This document shows, in pieces, positions 1-9,221 of a stretch of 44,360 nucleotides of DNA. Both the position numbers and the translations under genes were made by a program. A model generated the notes under the pieces. It was not told the DNA's origin and ran no database searches. It saw nothing but the letters and a program-made list of their open reading frames with translations. The stretch comes from a virus (Duplodnaviria; Caudoviricetes). The first letter of the stretch is position 1. Each line of letters begins with the position of its first letter. Location: the IMG/VR virus record IMGVR_UViG_3300028588_000037, positions 1-44,360 of that record; one strand, written 5' to 3'.

Positions 1-136
1 CGGCGACCGGGAATTTGTCGTCGGTGAGTTTGGTTTCCTGAAGGCACAGCACATCGACCGGCGAGGTGGAGAGCCACTGCAGCAGGTGTGGCAGGCGCAC
101 CTTAAGCGAGTTGACATTCCAAGTAGCTATTTTCAT
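1..136 (-). CDS. xth: Host exodeoxyribonuclease III, 5' part (runs off the window)
   Basis: Manual translation from ATG at 136: [43 protein letters not shown]; the WNVNS and LCLQETK motifs are diagnostic of the ExoIII/AP endonuclease family. Confidence 0.95.
   Translation of the reverse strand, partial: MKIATWNVNSLKVRLPHLLQWLSTSPVDVLCLQETKLTDDKFPVA
116..136. repeat. Left attachment site (xis-proximal)
   Basis: attccaagtagctattttcat matches 44234..44254 at 20/21 nt and encodes xth codons 1-7 (MKIATWN). Confidence 0.93.
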
Positions 137-197
137 TTTTATCTCAAAAGCGAGTGTTCATGCGGGTTTCGGCGATCTCTTTGTGGTCCGTTTTGGT

Positions 198-246
198 GCT
201 AGCTACAATGCTGGCTACAAATCACAGATGAGACAGGGAGAGACAG
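198..246. promoter_or_regulatory. Putative Int arm-type and Xis binding repeats
   Basis: GCTAGCTACAA (198) and GCTGGCTACAA (210), mirrored at 44093 and 44105; GAGACAG at 230 and 240 (10-bp period). Confidence 0.65.
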
Positions 247-271
247 CGGGCGCCCGCATGATACCCGATCA

Positions 272-442
272 TTACTTCGGTTTTCCCGAGATCAGCCGAT
301 CGATACTGGCGGCGGTGATGCGGGTCGTGGTGCCGATCTTGACCTTCTCCAGTTGGCCCCGCTCGACCAGGCGGTAAATTGTGGCGCGGCATACCTCCAG
401 CTTTTGCATCGCGGTCGACACCTTGTACAGTTCCTGTGCCAT
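272..442 (-). CDS. xis: Excisionase / AlpA-type HTH recombination directionality factor
   Basis: 56 aa MAQELYKVSTAMQKLEVCRATIYRLVERGQLEKVKIG (MerR-like HTH); AAGGAG RBS; adjacent to att. Confidence 0.85.
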   Translation of the reverse strand: MAQELYKVSTAMQKLEVCRATIYRLVERGQLEKVKIGTTTRITAASIDRLISGKPK

Positions 443-443
443 C

Positions 444-1142
444 TCAATTCTCCTTGTTACGTTGGTGCGGCCCACCGCCCGGGCATTGGCGCGTCTGCAT
501 GCCATGCGGTCCCTGGTGCTGAGCCAGCTTGGCTATCGTGTTCATTGCCGCGTCCCAGTCCTTGCGCAATTTGTCCATCTGCTGACATTCGTACCGCGGC
601 AGCGGCTTGCCCACCTGCTGCGCCAGTTCGTACATCACGTTCGACATCAAGTTACCGATTTGCAGGATGCCCGTCGACACCAGCATCCCGGCGGCTTCCA
701 GATCACCATACGCGCGTAGCACCGACGTGACCGCCGCCGCATCCTTTGCCTCACCTGCTGGCGCTGCTGCGGCGACAGGGGCGGCGTAGAGCAGCGTGTC
801 TTCGATGATGCTGCGATGGGGGGGCGGGTCGCATTCGAACGGCATCCATGCGGTGATCTGCATAACACCTTTCTTGCCCCGCAGCGGCACATAGGTCACG
901 CGGCGCCCGACTGGCTCAGCCTGCGTTGCAGGTGCAGGGTGGGCTGCAGCTTGCTGGGCGAGGGCGACCAGGGCGGACGCAACCGGCGGCGTAAAAGTGT
1001 GCGTGAACGTGGCGACGGCTTTGGCTTGCTCGAGAATATCTGCAGCACCGTCGTTCGCTGCGCGTGCGAGCTTGGCCAGCTTGCTCAGGTCCAGGTCGAT
1101 GTGGGCCTTAGTGGCGACCTGAGTGTCGGTGGTGTTGGTCAT
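444..1142 (-). CDS. Hypothetical early-left phage protein
   Basis: 232-aa ORF with GAGGA RBS, tightly packed in the leftward operon. Confidence 0.75.
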   Translation of the reverse strand: MTNTTDTQVATKAHIDLDLSKLAKLARAANDGAADILEQAKAVATFTHTFTPPVASALVALAQQAAAHPAPATQAEPVGRRVTYVPLRGKKGVMQITAWMPFECDPPPHRSIIEDTLLYAAPVAAAAPAGEAKDAAAVTSVLRAYGDLEAAGMLVSTGILQIGNLMSNVMYELAQQVGKPLPRYECQQMDKLRKDWDAAMNTIAKLAQHQGPHGMQTRQCPGGGPHQRNKEN

Positions 1143-1155
1143 GGTTCAGTCCTCG

Positions 1156-1473
1156 CTATGATTGTCGCGGCGCTTTAGGTCGCGCGCGAGTTTTGTGTTT
1201 GCCCGAGCGCTTCCTCAGCAGCCGGTCGCGGACGATGCGGTCGACTGCATCGCCCAGCGTCATGTCCTTGAACTGGATGAACTTGGCCAGGGCCTGCTTT
1301 ACGTCCTGCGAAACGACAACCGGCGGCAACAGCGCTTTGCCTTCGGCCTCGAGCCTGGCGCGGCGCCGAGCTTGCCGGTCGGATTCACTCAGCGCACTTC
1401 CGGTCGACGGTCTCCCGCGCTTTTTCGCTGGCGCTGGAGCTTCAGGTGTTTGGTCGATGATCTGCATGGTCAT
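1156..1473 (-). CDS. Small basic DNA-binding protein (KKRGRP AT-hook-like motif, possible RHH)
   Basis: AKKRGRPSTGSALSESDRQARRRARL; start overlaps the upstream stop. Confidence 0.7.
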   Translation of the reverse strand: MTMQIIDQTPEAPAPAKKRGRPSTGSALSESDRQARRRARLEAEGKALLPPVVVSQDVKQALAKFIQFKDMTLGDAVDRIVRDRLLRKRSGKHKTRARPKAPRQS

Positions 1474-1928
1474 TAATCGCGCAGAGAATTAACGTGAGAA
1501 ATCACGGTTTTTCTGTGATTCTTTTTTGGTGTATGAGGCGCAGCCCGGAGCGACATTGCAGTGTCTATGGCCGCATCGAGTTCCTCGCCGTCGATCAGGT
1601 CGACCACGTGGCCGGTTTCGTCGAGGCTCGCGACCATCGGCGCCGCGGTGCAGAGCATGGTGTCCGCCTTATCGCGGAGCCACCGGTACCGAGCAGCTTC
1701 CTGCTGCAGGTCGGTGAGGCTCGACCGGGTCAGGCGCTGACCACCGATCACGACCCACTGGCCGGCGACGTCGCCGGGTTCGACCGCTGGCGTGCCGGCC
1801 TTCACCGCCGCGCGCAGCTCCGCGATCTCGGCTTCCATCGCCCGCTCGACAGCGGTCGAGTGGTACAGCGGGTAGCTGGCGCCGAGGTCCAAGCGGTCGC
1901 GCCAGGTCTTGATCAGGCCGGCCATCAT
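1473..1928 (-). CDS. Early phage protein with AARYRWLRD motif (Ead/Ea22-like class)
   Basis: Start MMAGLIKTW with GGAGG RBS; EAARYRWLRD and ELDAAIDTAM motifs typical of lambdoid early accessory proteins. Confidence 0.7.
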   Translation of the reverse strand: MMAGLIKTWRDRLDLGASYPLYHSTAVERAMEAEIAELRAAVKAGTPAVEPGDVAGQWVVIGGQRLTRSSLTDLQQEAARYRWLRDKADTMLCTAAPMVASLDETGHVVDLIDGEELDAAIDTAMSLRAAPHTPKKNHRKTVISHVNSLRD

Positions 1929-2122
1929 CGCGCCCTCCATGCGCAAGCCGGCTGCTCGCAGTACGCCATGACGAGGTCCCCGTCGGTGATTCGCATCGTA
2001 GTGCCCAATCCGCCGGCGGCGCGAAGCAGCGCGGCTGCGGCCGCCTCGACCTCTGCCGTGCGCGCCGCCTCGAAGGAAAGCACATTGCGCCAAGCGCCAG
2101 AGTCTTTGATTTGGAGCTTCAT
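1925..2122 (-). CDS. Hypothetical protein (MKLQIKDSGAWRNVLSF...)
   Basis: ATGA overlaps with neighbours on both sides; GGGAG RBS. Confidence 0.65.
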   Translation of the reverse strand: MKLQIKDSGAWRNVLSFEAARTAEVEAAAAALLRAAGGLGTTMRITDGDLVMAYCEQPACAWRAR

Positions 2123-2346
2123 GACAAGGCTCCCACCGCTGGCGCCGGCGGCATGTGCATCCAGTGGGTGACACGCTCGACCGAGATCGGCATGGCGTCG
2201 AGATACCGCCACGTATCGCCATCGCGGAACCCTGGCCATACGTCGTCGTCGTTCAGGGCGAGCAGCACCAGGGTGTCGTCATCAGGGAGCGCGGTGCCGA
2301 CGTGGGTCCAGGTGGGAAGGGGCGTAGTTTCTGAGTTGAAATTCAT
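2119..2346 (-). CDS. DUF551-like protein
   Basis: W..V...LP at the N-terminus and VTHWMHMPPAP at the C-terminus. Confidence 0.75.
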   Translation of the reverse strand: MNFNSETTPLPTWTHVGTALPDDDTLVLLALNDDDVWPGFRDGDTWRYLDAMPISVERVTHWMHMPPAPAVGALS

Positions 2347-2495
2347 TAACGCACCCCGGCAAAGACAGTAATGCCGCACGGCTGGTCGCCCAGCAGCTCG
2401 ACGGTCAACATGGCCGCTTCGCTGCTGGAGCGGGCCAGCGCGCTGAAGGTGAGGCAGACGGTGGCGGTGCGCGCGGTGATGAGGAAGGGCTTCAT
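2346..2495 (-). CDS. 49-aa hypothetical protein (not in ORF track)
   Basis: Manual translation MKPFLITARTATVCLTFSALARSSSEAAMLTVELLGDQPCGITVFAGVR; GGGAG RBS; fills the operon gap exactly. Confidence 0.6.
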   Translation of the reverse strand: MKPFLITARTATVCLTFSALARSSSEAAMLTVELLGDQPCGITVFAGVR

Positions 2496-2497
2496 GA

Positions 2498-2716
2498 TCA
2501 CCACTCCCGGATCAGGTTGCGGCGGCCGATCAGCACGATCTGGCGCTTGCGCTCGCGGCGCTCCACCGGCACCAGCATCCGCGGCGCGTCGACGAGGCGG
2601 TCAGCCCGTGCTTCGCTGATGCGCAGCTGGCGCTCGACCAGCCACAGGGCGATCGGCTTGACCAGCTTGCGAGCAAGGCGCCGGGCGATGCGTCGCGTAA
2701 CGTAGGCGGCGATCAT
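2498..2716 (-). CDS. Arg-rich hypothetical protein
   Basis: MIAAYVTRRIARRLARK...; ATGA-coupled to the upstream gene. Confidence 0.6.
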   Translation of the reverse strand: MIAAYVTRRIARRLARKLVKPIALWLVERQLRISEARADRLVDAPRMLVPVERRERKRQIVLIGRRNLIREW

Positions 2717-3135
2717 GCGGCACCTGCAGTAGCGATTGCAGCGCGCAGCTTGGCCAGAGCGACGGATTCGGGATCGGTCGTGTAGTCGAGCCACTTCTGC
2801 TGGGTGAGCACCGCCTCGGCCGCTTTCGCGGCATCCAGCAACAGGTCGATTCGCTCATTGGCCAGCTCGAGCCGCCGGTCGCCCTCGCGAACTTCGTCAG
2901 CGGTATTTTCCCAGCCGCGGCGGGCATCGCTCAGGTCCTGGAGAAGGCCGGCCAGCGAGCCGTCATATGCGTTGCAGGCGCTGAGCACAAACGCCGCGTC
3001 GTCTTCGGTGATGGCGCGGCAGAGCACCTTGGCGGCGCTCGGCGGGGTAGTACTAAACTTCGTGTCGATGACGGCGGTGCGGTCATCCAGGACAAGTGCG
3101 AAGCGCGGCGCGTTCGCGGGGGCGTTAGTCGACAT
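2713..3135 (-). CDS. First gene of the PL operon, hypothetical with coiled coil
   Basis: MSTNAPANAPRF...; GGAG RBS; about 55 nt downstream of PL. Confidence 0.7.
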   Translation of the reverse strand: MSTNAPANAPRFALVLDDRTAVIDTKFSTTPPSAAKVLCRAITEDDAAFVLSACNAYDGSLAGLLQDLSDARRGWENTADEVREGDRRLELANERIDLLLDAAKAAEAVLTQQKWLDYTTDPESVALAKLRAAIATAGAA

Positions 3136-3189
3136 CGTGCTCTCCAAGGTGCGCGGCTTAGCGGGTGCTGAGCTCGCTGCAATGGAGTT

Positions 3190-3232
3190 ACTTTAGTGGA
3201 CGCTAAACAGGTCTGTCAAGCATTTACTAAAC
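3190..3232 (-). promoter_or_regulatory. PL promoter with OL operators
   Basis: TTGACA (3219-3214), 18-nt spacer, TAAAGT (3195-3190); operator tttagtggacgctaaac (3192-3208) is the exact reverse complement of 4520-4536; second degenerate site at 3216-3232. Confidence 0.85.
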
Positions 3233-3283
3233 CGATGCGCGAAAGTTGACGGCGGGGCTAGTTTCGGACAGCGACACAGGCCC

Positions 3284-3310
3284 AAAATAAAACGCCCCAC
3301 GAAGGGGCAC
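3284..3310 (-). terminator. Intrinsic terminator of the cI operon
   Basis: Minus strand gcccc-ttcgt-ggggc followed by gttttatttt. Confidence 0.7.
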
Positions 3311-3360
3311 GAAAGGGATCACTAAATTTCGTGGAAAGCACTATGTAGCGCTTGTCGACT

Positions 3361-3729
3361 TTAGTTTTGGAAAGAGGTTAAAACGCCGTTTTCGAAATAT
3401 AGATAATTTCCACTGCCGTAAACCCATTGCTCATGAGTTCCATATTTATTGGTCGTCCGATTCACTTTCTTCGGTTTTCCCCAAACAGTATCGTGTACTA
3501 CTTCATCTTGTGACATGCCAATGGCAACACCTGTTTTCTCGGCTTTAGTTTTCTTATACCCAGGGTAGGGTGACGCCTCACCAACAAATGAACAACGATC
3601 GCTTTGCACATTCTGGCTGGCCTTGTAGGTGTGCCCAGTGGAATCTCGGCATTGCCATGTTGCTGCTAATACCCCGTGAGCCGAAGTAAAACAAATGCCA
3701 AAAACAAAAACAGTAAGTATGGGCTTCAT
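3361..3729 (-). CDS. Exported protein co-transcribed with cI (signal peptide, C-terminal SmpA/BamE-like motif)
   Basis: Low GC; hydrophobic N-terminus; IGMSQDEV...WGKP...EQWVY...YLYFENGVLTSFQN pattern; start could be the TTG at 3762. Confidence 0.7.
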   Translation of the reverse strand: MKPILTVFVFGICFTSAHGVLAATWQCRDSTGHTYKASQNVQSDRCSFVGEASPYPGYKKTKAEKTGVAIGMSQDEVVHDTVWGKPKKVNRTTNKYGTHEQWVYGSGNYLYFENGVLTSFQN

Positions 3730-3768
3730 CTCAGTTTCAATAGGTCGTATTAATGCTTGCAACAGGAT

Positions 3769-4473
3769 CTAAATATGCGTGCTTTCTTTACGGATTACCT
3801 TCCCGATAATGATGCATATTGCGCCTTTACATAGCTGTCTGTGATATTTTTTCTGATCCGGATTGTCTGAGGTAAGCCACCACTGTCCTGCATCTCGAAG
3901 CAGGCGCTTGACGACGGCCTCGCCCTCGTAATTTACGACATACACAGCTCCTGACATTAGTTGCTTGTCCGCTGTATTGACCACGATGGTGTCGCCATCA
4001 TGCAAACCCGGCTCCATGCTATCGCCGCGAACAACAATCGACAGTAGTGATTCCTTATGCAGCCCTTCCCGCTGAAGCCAATTCGTCGGCACACCTTGTG
4101 TTTCGCCATCGTAGTGTTCAGGTTCGACTTGGAAACCTGTAATACCAGCCTGTACCTTCAGTCGCACCTTTTTGATCTGTGTCATGGTCGGATCGTCTGG
4201 GCCGGAGGCATGCACACGTTTCGATCCTGATACCAGATCAGGCAAATGCACCGTTTCATTGGCGGGCAGCTGAGCGGCCACACCCCGTGCCTCATGCGCT
4301 GTGTCCAAGTAGCCAGTACCCATCCTGTACTGCTCTTCTAAACGCCGCGCGACCTTCTCTCCGAATGAGCCATTCGACTTGAGTTGAGAAAACAGGCTCT
4401 TTTCCTTCGCTGGCGTGCCATGTTCAGCGACCCAGCGCCGCAAGTTCTCCCTGCGAGTTTCAATTATGTCCAT
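3769..4473 (-). CDS. cI: CI-like repressor with S24 autopeptidase domain
   Basis: N-terminal HTH, Ala-Gly cleavage site (VQAG), catalytic Ser (VRGDSMEP) and Lys (VVKRL); divergent from cro. Confidence 0.93.
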   Translation of the reverse strand: MDIIETRRENLRRWVAEHGTPAKEKSLFSQLKSNGSFGEKVARRLEEQYRMGTGYLDTAHEARGVAAQLPANETVHLPDLVSGSKRVHASGPDDPTMTQIKKVRLKVQAGITGFQVEPEHYDGETQGVPTNWLQREGLHKESLLSIVVRGDSMEPGLHDGDTIVVNTADKQLMSGAVYVVNYEGEAVVKRLLRDAGQWWLTSDNPDQKKYHRQLCKGAICIIIGKVIRKESTHI

Positions 4474-4480
4474 CAGGATA

Positions 4481-4538
4481 GTTTAGTGTTTTCTAAATTA
4501 GTGTTCACTTGACTTTTTGGTTTAGCGTCCACTAAACT
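4481..4538. promoter_or_regulatory. OR operators and PR promoter
   Basis: TTTAG-N6-CTAAA palindromes at 4481-4498 and 4520-4537, degenerate site at about 4497-4512; TTGACT (4509), 18-nt spacer, TAAACT (4533). Confidence 0.85.
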
Positions 4539-4545
4539 GCATGAC

Positions 4546-4788
4546 ATGGACCTTAAAACCTACATCTCTGCCGAACGTGGACGTGCGTCAGCCCTTGCCG
4601 CTGAGCTGGGCGTCTCCCTCTCCTACCTCTCGCAGATGGCAAATGGAAAGGCCCCCATCTCGCCCGAGCGTTGCGTCCAGATCGAACAAAAGACGCTGGG
4701 CGCGGTTCCACGCCAACACCTGAGGCCTGACGACTGGTGCCGTACATGGCCAGAGTTGCAGCCCATTCCCCAATCCCAGTCGCAGTAA
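4546..4788 (+). CDS. cro: Cro/YdaS-like HTH regulator
   Basis: ALAAELGVSLSYLSQMANG...IEQKTLGAV..LRPDDW..WPEL. Confidence 0.9.
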   Translation: MDLKTYISAERGRASALAAELGVSLSYLSQMANGKAPISPERCVQIEQKTLGAVPRQHLRPDDWCRTWPELQPIPQSQSQ

Positions 4789-4880
4789 CCCCTGAGATTT
4801 TTCGTTGTCGAAAAAGTTGCAATAGGGCATTTGCCCCGTAGTACCTCCCCATCCTGAACCACCGCCGCATAGGAGAAACC

Positions 4881-5129
4881 ATGAAGCACCCCCGCACCAT
4901 CGTAGTGAAGACGCTGCTGAATGCCGACGAGTTCGTCGCGTTCAGTGCCCAGTGCGAAGCCGAAGACGTCCCACAGAGCAAGAAGCTTCGCGACCTGGCG
5001 CGCAGCTGGTTAGCCGAACGCAATCGTACATCCCCTCATGCACGCAAGGAACAGCCCGGTTATGGCCAGAACATGGCCATGTCGCTGCCCGGCCGCGCTG
5101 TGCGCCCGCAGCTGCGCATGCGTCTTTGA
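4881..5129 (+). CDS. Putative regulator in the cII position (RHH-like)
   Basis: AGGAG RBS; N-terminal beta-strand plus two helices pattern; follows cro. Confidence 0.6.
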   Translation: MKHPRTIVVKTLLNADEFVAFSAQCEAEDVPQSKKLRDLARSWLAERNRTSPHARKEQPGYGQNMAMSLPGRAVRPQLRMRL

Positions 5130-5172
5130 GCCCCAGGGCTGGCACCTCGAACTGCAAACATAAGGAGTGGAC

Positions 5173-5352
5173 ATGCAAGACCAAGAAAAGCCGCCGGCGA
5201 CTGCGGCAGATGTGACGATCGCCAATCAGGCCAGAACCTGGCGCCACGCCGAGAAGCGCGCCATCGGCGAACCGAGCGACGAGACGAAGCGCGCACGCTA
5301 CCGGGAGCTGCAGAAGCTGCGCGAAACGGTCGACACGCTGGCGGAGCGCTGA
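5173..5352 (+). CDS. Hypothetical protein
   Basis: TAAGGAG RBS at 5161; stop is 1 nt before the next gene. Confidence 0.65.
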   Translation: MQDQEKPPATAADVTIANQARTWRHAEKRAIGEPSDETKRARYRELQKLRETVDTLAER

Positions 5353-5353
5353 C

Positions 5354-6772
5354 ATGGAACTTGTCGACTTCAAGGGGCAGCTGGCGCTGCATCCCCTTTG
5401 CACACTGTTTCCGCAGCTGACGGGCGCCGAGTTCGACGCGCTCAAGACCGACATCGCAACCAACGGCCAGCGTGAGCCGATCACCGTGCACGAGGGGCTG
5501 GTGCTGGATGGCGGCAACCGATACCGCGCCTGTATCGAGGCCGGCATCGAGCCAGTGCTGCGCGAGTTCGCCGGCGCCGACCCGGTGGCGTTCGTCCTCT
5601 CGGCCAACCTGCATCGCCGACACCTGACGCCTGGCCAGCAGGCCGCGATCGTGGCCAGCGCCCAGGACTGGACGCGCGCACAGGCAAACGGTGGCGACCG
5701 CCGTTCGGATCAGAGTGCAACGTTGCACTCTGATACCGCTGCGGATCGTGCCGCGCAATCCGGCGCCAGCATCCGCACGCAGAAGATGGCCGACAAGGTG
5801 GCCAAGGCCTCCCCCGAGCTGGCGAAGCAAGTAGCCCACGGCGAGATCAGCTTGCCGAAGGCGCTGGAGCAGTTGGCGCCGCGCCCAGCCGCCACGATTG
5901 AGTTACCCGCAAAAGGTGGCGACGATGTCTACGAGCGCGCTCTGAAACTGGTGCTGGCGCATTTACGCGTCTATCCCGCTCTCCTGCAATGCAATCTCCA
6001 TATCAGCCAGGACCGAAGCGTGAGCGTTCTCGATGAACTGGAGCGGGCTGGCGTCGTGACGCCGATGCAGGAGAACGGTGACCGCATCGTCATCGGGCTG
6101 CCCAAGACAGCACCGGCGCCGACGACGGGGGAGGCGGCGGCTGCCGAAGCCGAAGCACTCGACGGGCCTGATGAGCTGTACGATCAGGCGGTGCAAGTGG
6201 TGCTGAAGAACCGCCGCGCCTCGATCTCGCTGCTGCAGCGCCACCTGCGCATCGGCTACAACCGCGCCGCCCGCCTGCTCGAGCAGATGGAGCAGAGCGG
6301 GGTGGTGTCGCCGATGCAGTCGAACGGTGATCGGATCATCATGGCGCCGGCGGACCTGACGCAAGACCTCGGTGATGAGGATGACGAAGATCCCGAGCAG
6401 GATGACACGGCATCCGCCAGCGAAACCAGCACGGACGACGGTCACCAGCAGCTGCTGGACGACTACAACGCAATGAAGCAGGAGCGCGACGCGCTGCAGG
6501 CGAAGGTCGCCGCGCTGGACGCGCACATCGAGCTGCTGGCGCGCGATGACCTCGCCACCGAGGTGGCCACCACCCTGGCCAAGCGGGCGGCCGACGCTGA
6601 GTATAAGTTCGAGCAGCTCTCTGGCCGCAACCGCCAGCTGCAGCAGACCGCGCGCGATGCGCAGACCACGTCGAAGTACCAGGCCGACATGCTGACCAAG
6701 ATCCGGCTGGCGCTGGGCGTTGAGTCGAATGCCGAGATCCTTCCCGCCATCACCGCGCGGAGGGCAGCATGA
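5354..6772 (+). CDS. ParB/Srx-like N-terminal domain, HTH, two FtsK-gamma domains and C-terminal coiled coil
   Basis: [14 protein letters not shown]...[10 protein letters not shown]...[10 protein letters not shown] (ParB-like); DELYDQAV...[32 protein letters not shown] (FtsK-gamma, 6170-6343); degenerate copy at 5921-6093. Confidence 0.85.
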   Translation: MELVDFKGQLALHPLCTLFPQLTGAEFDALKTDIATNGQREPITVHEGLVLDGGNRYRACIEAGIEPVLREFAGADPVAFVLSANLHRRHLTPGQQAAIVASAQDWTRAQANGGDRRSDQSATLHSDTAADRAAQSGASIRTQKMADKVAKASPELAKQVAHGEISLPKALEQLAPRPAATIELPAKGGDDVYERALKLVLAHLRVYPALLQCNLHISQDRSVSVLDELERAGVVTPMQENGDRIVIGLPKTAPAPTTGEAAAAEAEALDGPDELYDQAVQVVLKNRRASISLLQRHLRIGYNRAARLLEQMEQSGVVSPMQSNGDRIIMAPADLTQDLGDEDDEDPEQDDTASASETSTDDGHQQLLDDYNAMKQERDALQAKVAALDAHIELLARDDLATEVATTLAKRAADAEYKFEQLSGRNRQLQQTARDAQTTSKYQADMLTKIRLALGVESNAEILPAITARRAA

Positions 6773-8268
6773 AAGAGAAGCTGAACCTGCGCCCGTACCA
6801 GGTCGACAGTGTCGAAGGCCTGCGCGCGCTGATCCGCGCCGGCAAGCGCAACATCATCCTGTCGGTGCCAACCGGCGGCGGCAAGACGGTGATCGCGTCG
6901 CACTTGATCGCCGAGTGCTACGGCAAGCCCGGCAAGCGCGCGGTGTTCGTCGCCGACCGCATCGCCCTGATCGACCAGACCAGTGCCACCTTCGACCGCT
7001 ACGGCATCCCGCACGGCATCATCCAGGGCGACAATCCGCGCCGCGCCGGGTACGAGCGGATCCAGATCGCCAGCGCGCAGACGCTGGCCAAGCGCGGCTG
7101 GCCCGAGGCCGACCTGATCATCGTCGACGAATGCCACGCCATCCAGACGACAGTCGCGGAGCGCATCGCCGGCCGCGACACCATCGTGATCGGGCTGAGC
7201 GCCACTCCCATGACGGCCGGCCTGGGCAAGCTGTACGACGGCATCGTCACCACCATCACCACCAACGAGCTGATCGCCGGCCCGGTGCTGGAAGACGGCA
7301 CACGCGACAAGCCCTACCTGGTGCCGTTCCGCGTCTACGCCGCCAGCCAGCCCGACATGACCGGCGCCAAGGAGACGGCCGGCGAGTGGACGGACAAGGA
7401 CGCCGCCGAGCGCTCCATGCCGATTATCGGCGACTGCGTCGAGGAATACCTGCGCCACGCCGCCGGCAAGAAGTTCATCGCCTTCGGCTGCAACGTCGAG
7501 CACTGTGAGGAAATGCAGCGCCAGTTCGAGGCCGCCGGCGTGAACTGCGAGCTGTACACCTACCGCACTGACGACGATGCGCGCACCGCGCTGGTGGAAG
7601 AATTCCGCAAGCCGGACAGCACCGTGCGCGGCCTGATCAGCGTCAGTGCGCTTAGTAAGGGCTTCGACGTGTCTGACGTCGAGGTCGTCATCATGGCCCG
7701 GCCGCTCAAGTCCAGCCTGGCCGAGCACATCCAGATCCTGGGCCGCGGCCTGCGGATCCATCCGGGCAAGACCGAATGCATCGTGCTGGACCACAGCGGC
7801 AACTGCGTGCGGTTCTGGGGCGTCATGCATGCCTTCTTGGAGAAGGGCGTCACCGAGCTGGACGACGGCGCGAAGAAAGCACGCGCCAAGGCGATCGAGA
7901 ACGAGAAGCAGCCGGTCAAGTGCCCTGTTTGCTCGCATGTGCACATGCCGCTGCCGGCGTGCCCGACCTGCGGCCATGTCCACAAAAAGACGCAGGCCGT
8001 GGAGCACGTGCCTGGCTCGCTGCGCGAGGTCGCGGGCGGGAAAGACTCAGGCCCGACCGAGCAGGACAAACGCGAGTTCCACGCGCAGCTGGCGTACATC
8101 GCTGCCGAGAAGGGGCGCCAGCCGGGCTGGATCTCGCACAAGTACAAGGAAAAGTTCGGTGATTGGCCGCGCGAGCGCGACGTGACGCCGATGCCTCCGT
8201 CGACGGCGGTGCTCAAATGGGTCAAGTCGCGCGAGATTGCCTTCGCCAAGAGGGCAGCGCGGTCATGA
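6769..8268 (+). CDS. Superfamily 2 (DExH) helicase with Zn ribbon
   Basis: LRPYQ Q-motif, PTGGGKT, DECH, SAT, KGFD and QILGRGLR motifs; CPVC...CPTC. Confidence 0.93.
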   Translation: MKEKLNLRPYQVDSVEGLRALIRAGKRNIILSVPTGGGKTVIASHLIAECYGKPGKRAVFVADRIALIDQTSATFDRYGIPHGIIQGDNPRRAGYERIQIASAQTLAKRGWPEADLIIVDECHAIQTTVAERIAGRDTIVIGLSATPMTAGLGKLYDGIVTTITTNELIAGPVLEDGTRDKPYLVPFRVYAASQPDMTGAKETAGEWTDKDAAERSMPIIGDCVEEYLRHAAGKKFIAFGCNVEHCEEMQRQFEAAGVNCELYTYRTDDDARTALVEEFRKPDSTVRGLISVSALSKGFDVSDVEVVIMARPLKSSLAEHIQILGRGLRIHPGKTECIVLDHSGNCVRFWGVMHAFLEKGVTELDDGAKKARAKAIENEKQPVKCPVCSHVHMPLPACPTCGHVHKKTQAVEHVPGSLREVAGGKDSGPTEQDKREFHAQLAYIAAEKGRQPGWISHKYKEKFGDWPRERDVTPMPPSTAVLKWVKSREIAFAKRAARS

Positions 8269-9221
8269 GCACGTTCCTGCAATTCGTCGAGGCCAACGGC
8301 ATCATCGTGCCCGACACGTTCACACCCGGGCGGTGGATCCGCTGCAAGACGGTCAACCACCCGCGCAAGAAGAATGGAAGCATCAAGCTCGCCGACGACG
8401 GCCAGGTGGGTTGGTGTCAGGACTATGCGGTGCATATCGAGCCGCTGACCTGGCGCACCGGCGACGACGCCGCGCTGGCCGCGCCGATCGACCGCGCCAC
8501 CATTGCCCGGCGCCAGGCCGAGCGTCGCGCTGCGCTGATCGAGGCAACCCTGGGCGCGCGCGCCTATTACGCCGCCTGCGCGCCGCTGCGCGAGGGCCAC
8601 CCATACCTGATTGACAAGGGCCTCGGCGTCGCCGGGTGCGTCGGCCTGCGTGTCGACGCGGCTGGGTGGCTGGTGATCCCCATGCTCTACAACGGCAAGG
8701 TGCTGAGCCTGCAGCGCATATCTCCCGACGGCGAAAAGAAGTTCCACTACGGCGCCACGACCAAGTACGCCTATTACGCGATCGAGCGGCCGGGCGCCAC
8801 CGTAACCATCCTGGTGGAAGGGTTCGCCACCGGCCTGACCCTGTTCCAGGCAATTCCAAACTGCCGCGTCATCGTCGGCTTCAACGCCGCCAACCTGGTG
8901 CTGGTCGCCGAACGCATGGCACGCACCGGCATGGGCGTCGTGTGCGCCGACAACGACCACGAGACAGCGGGCCGCATTGGCCGCAACCCCGGGCTGGACG
9001 CCGCGCGCGCGGCCGCCGAGGTGCTGGGCGTGGGCGTCGCGTTCCCGACGTGTGAGGGGACCGATTGGAACGACTACGTGATGGAGCAGATGGTGCTGGC
9101 GCACGCCGGCCAGTCCTTCAGTTTCAGCCGGAAGCGCACCGCGGTGCAGATCCAGGCCAGCGTGTTCGCCGACGTGAAGCTGAAGGTGATGCGCGAGGCG
9201 CGGTTGATGCGCGCGAAGTAG
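8265..9221 (+). CDS. TOPRIM-domain DNA primase (TraC-like)
   Basis: Start MSTFLQF overlaps the helicase stop; HPYL..KG, SLQRI..DG.KKF, VEGFATG, CADND and TDWND motifs. Confidence 0.88.
   Translation: MSTFLQFVEANGIIVPDTFTPGRWIRCKTVNHPRKKNGSIKLADDGQVGWCQDYAVHIEPLTWRTGDDAALAAPIDRATIARRQAERRAALIEATLGARAYYAACAPLREGHPYLIDKGLGVAGCVGLRVDAAGWLVIPMLYNGKVLSLQRISPDGEKKFHYGATTKYAYYAIERPGATVTILVEGFATGLTLFQAIPNCRVIVGFNAANLVLVAERMARTGMGVVCADNDHETAGRIGRNPGLDAARAAAEVLGVGVAFPTCEGTDWNDYVMEQMVLAHAGQSFSFSRKRTAVQIQASVFADVKLKVMREARLMRAK

Noticed and set aside
66-377. Plus-strand 103-aa ORF spanning the left att
   Set aside because: Antisense to xth and xis, and crosses the recombination junction
4798-4837. Short palindromes after cro (tttttcg/cgaaaaa and gggca/tgccc) as nut or tR1 sites
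   Set aside because: Too short, no boxA match and no N-like gene identified; function cannot be supported
5354-6772. Annotation as an FtsK DNA translocase or a plasmid-type partition system
   Set aside because: No RecA-fold motor or Walker motifs in the protein, and no ParA gene nearby
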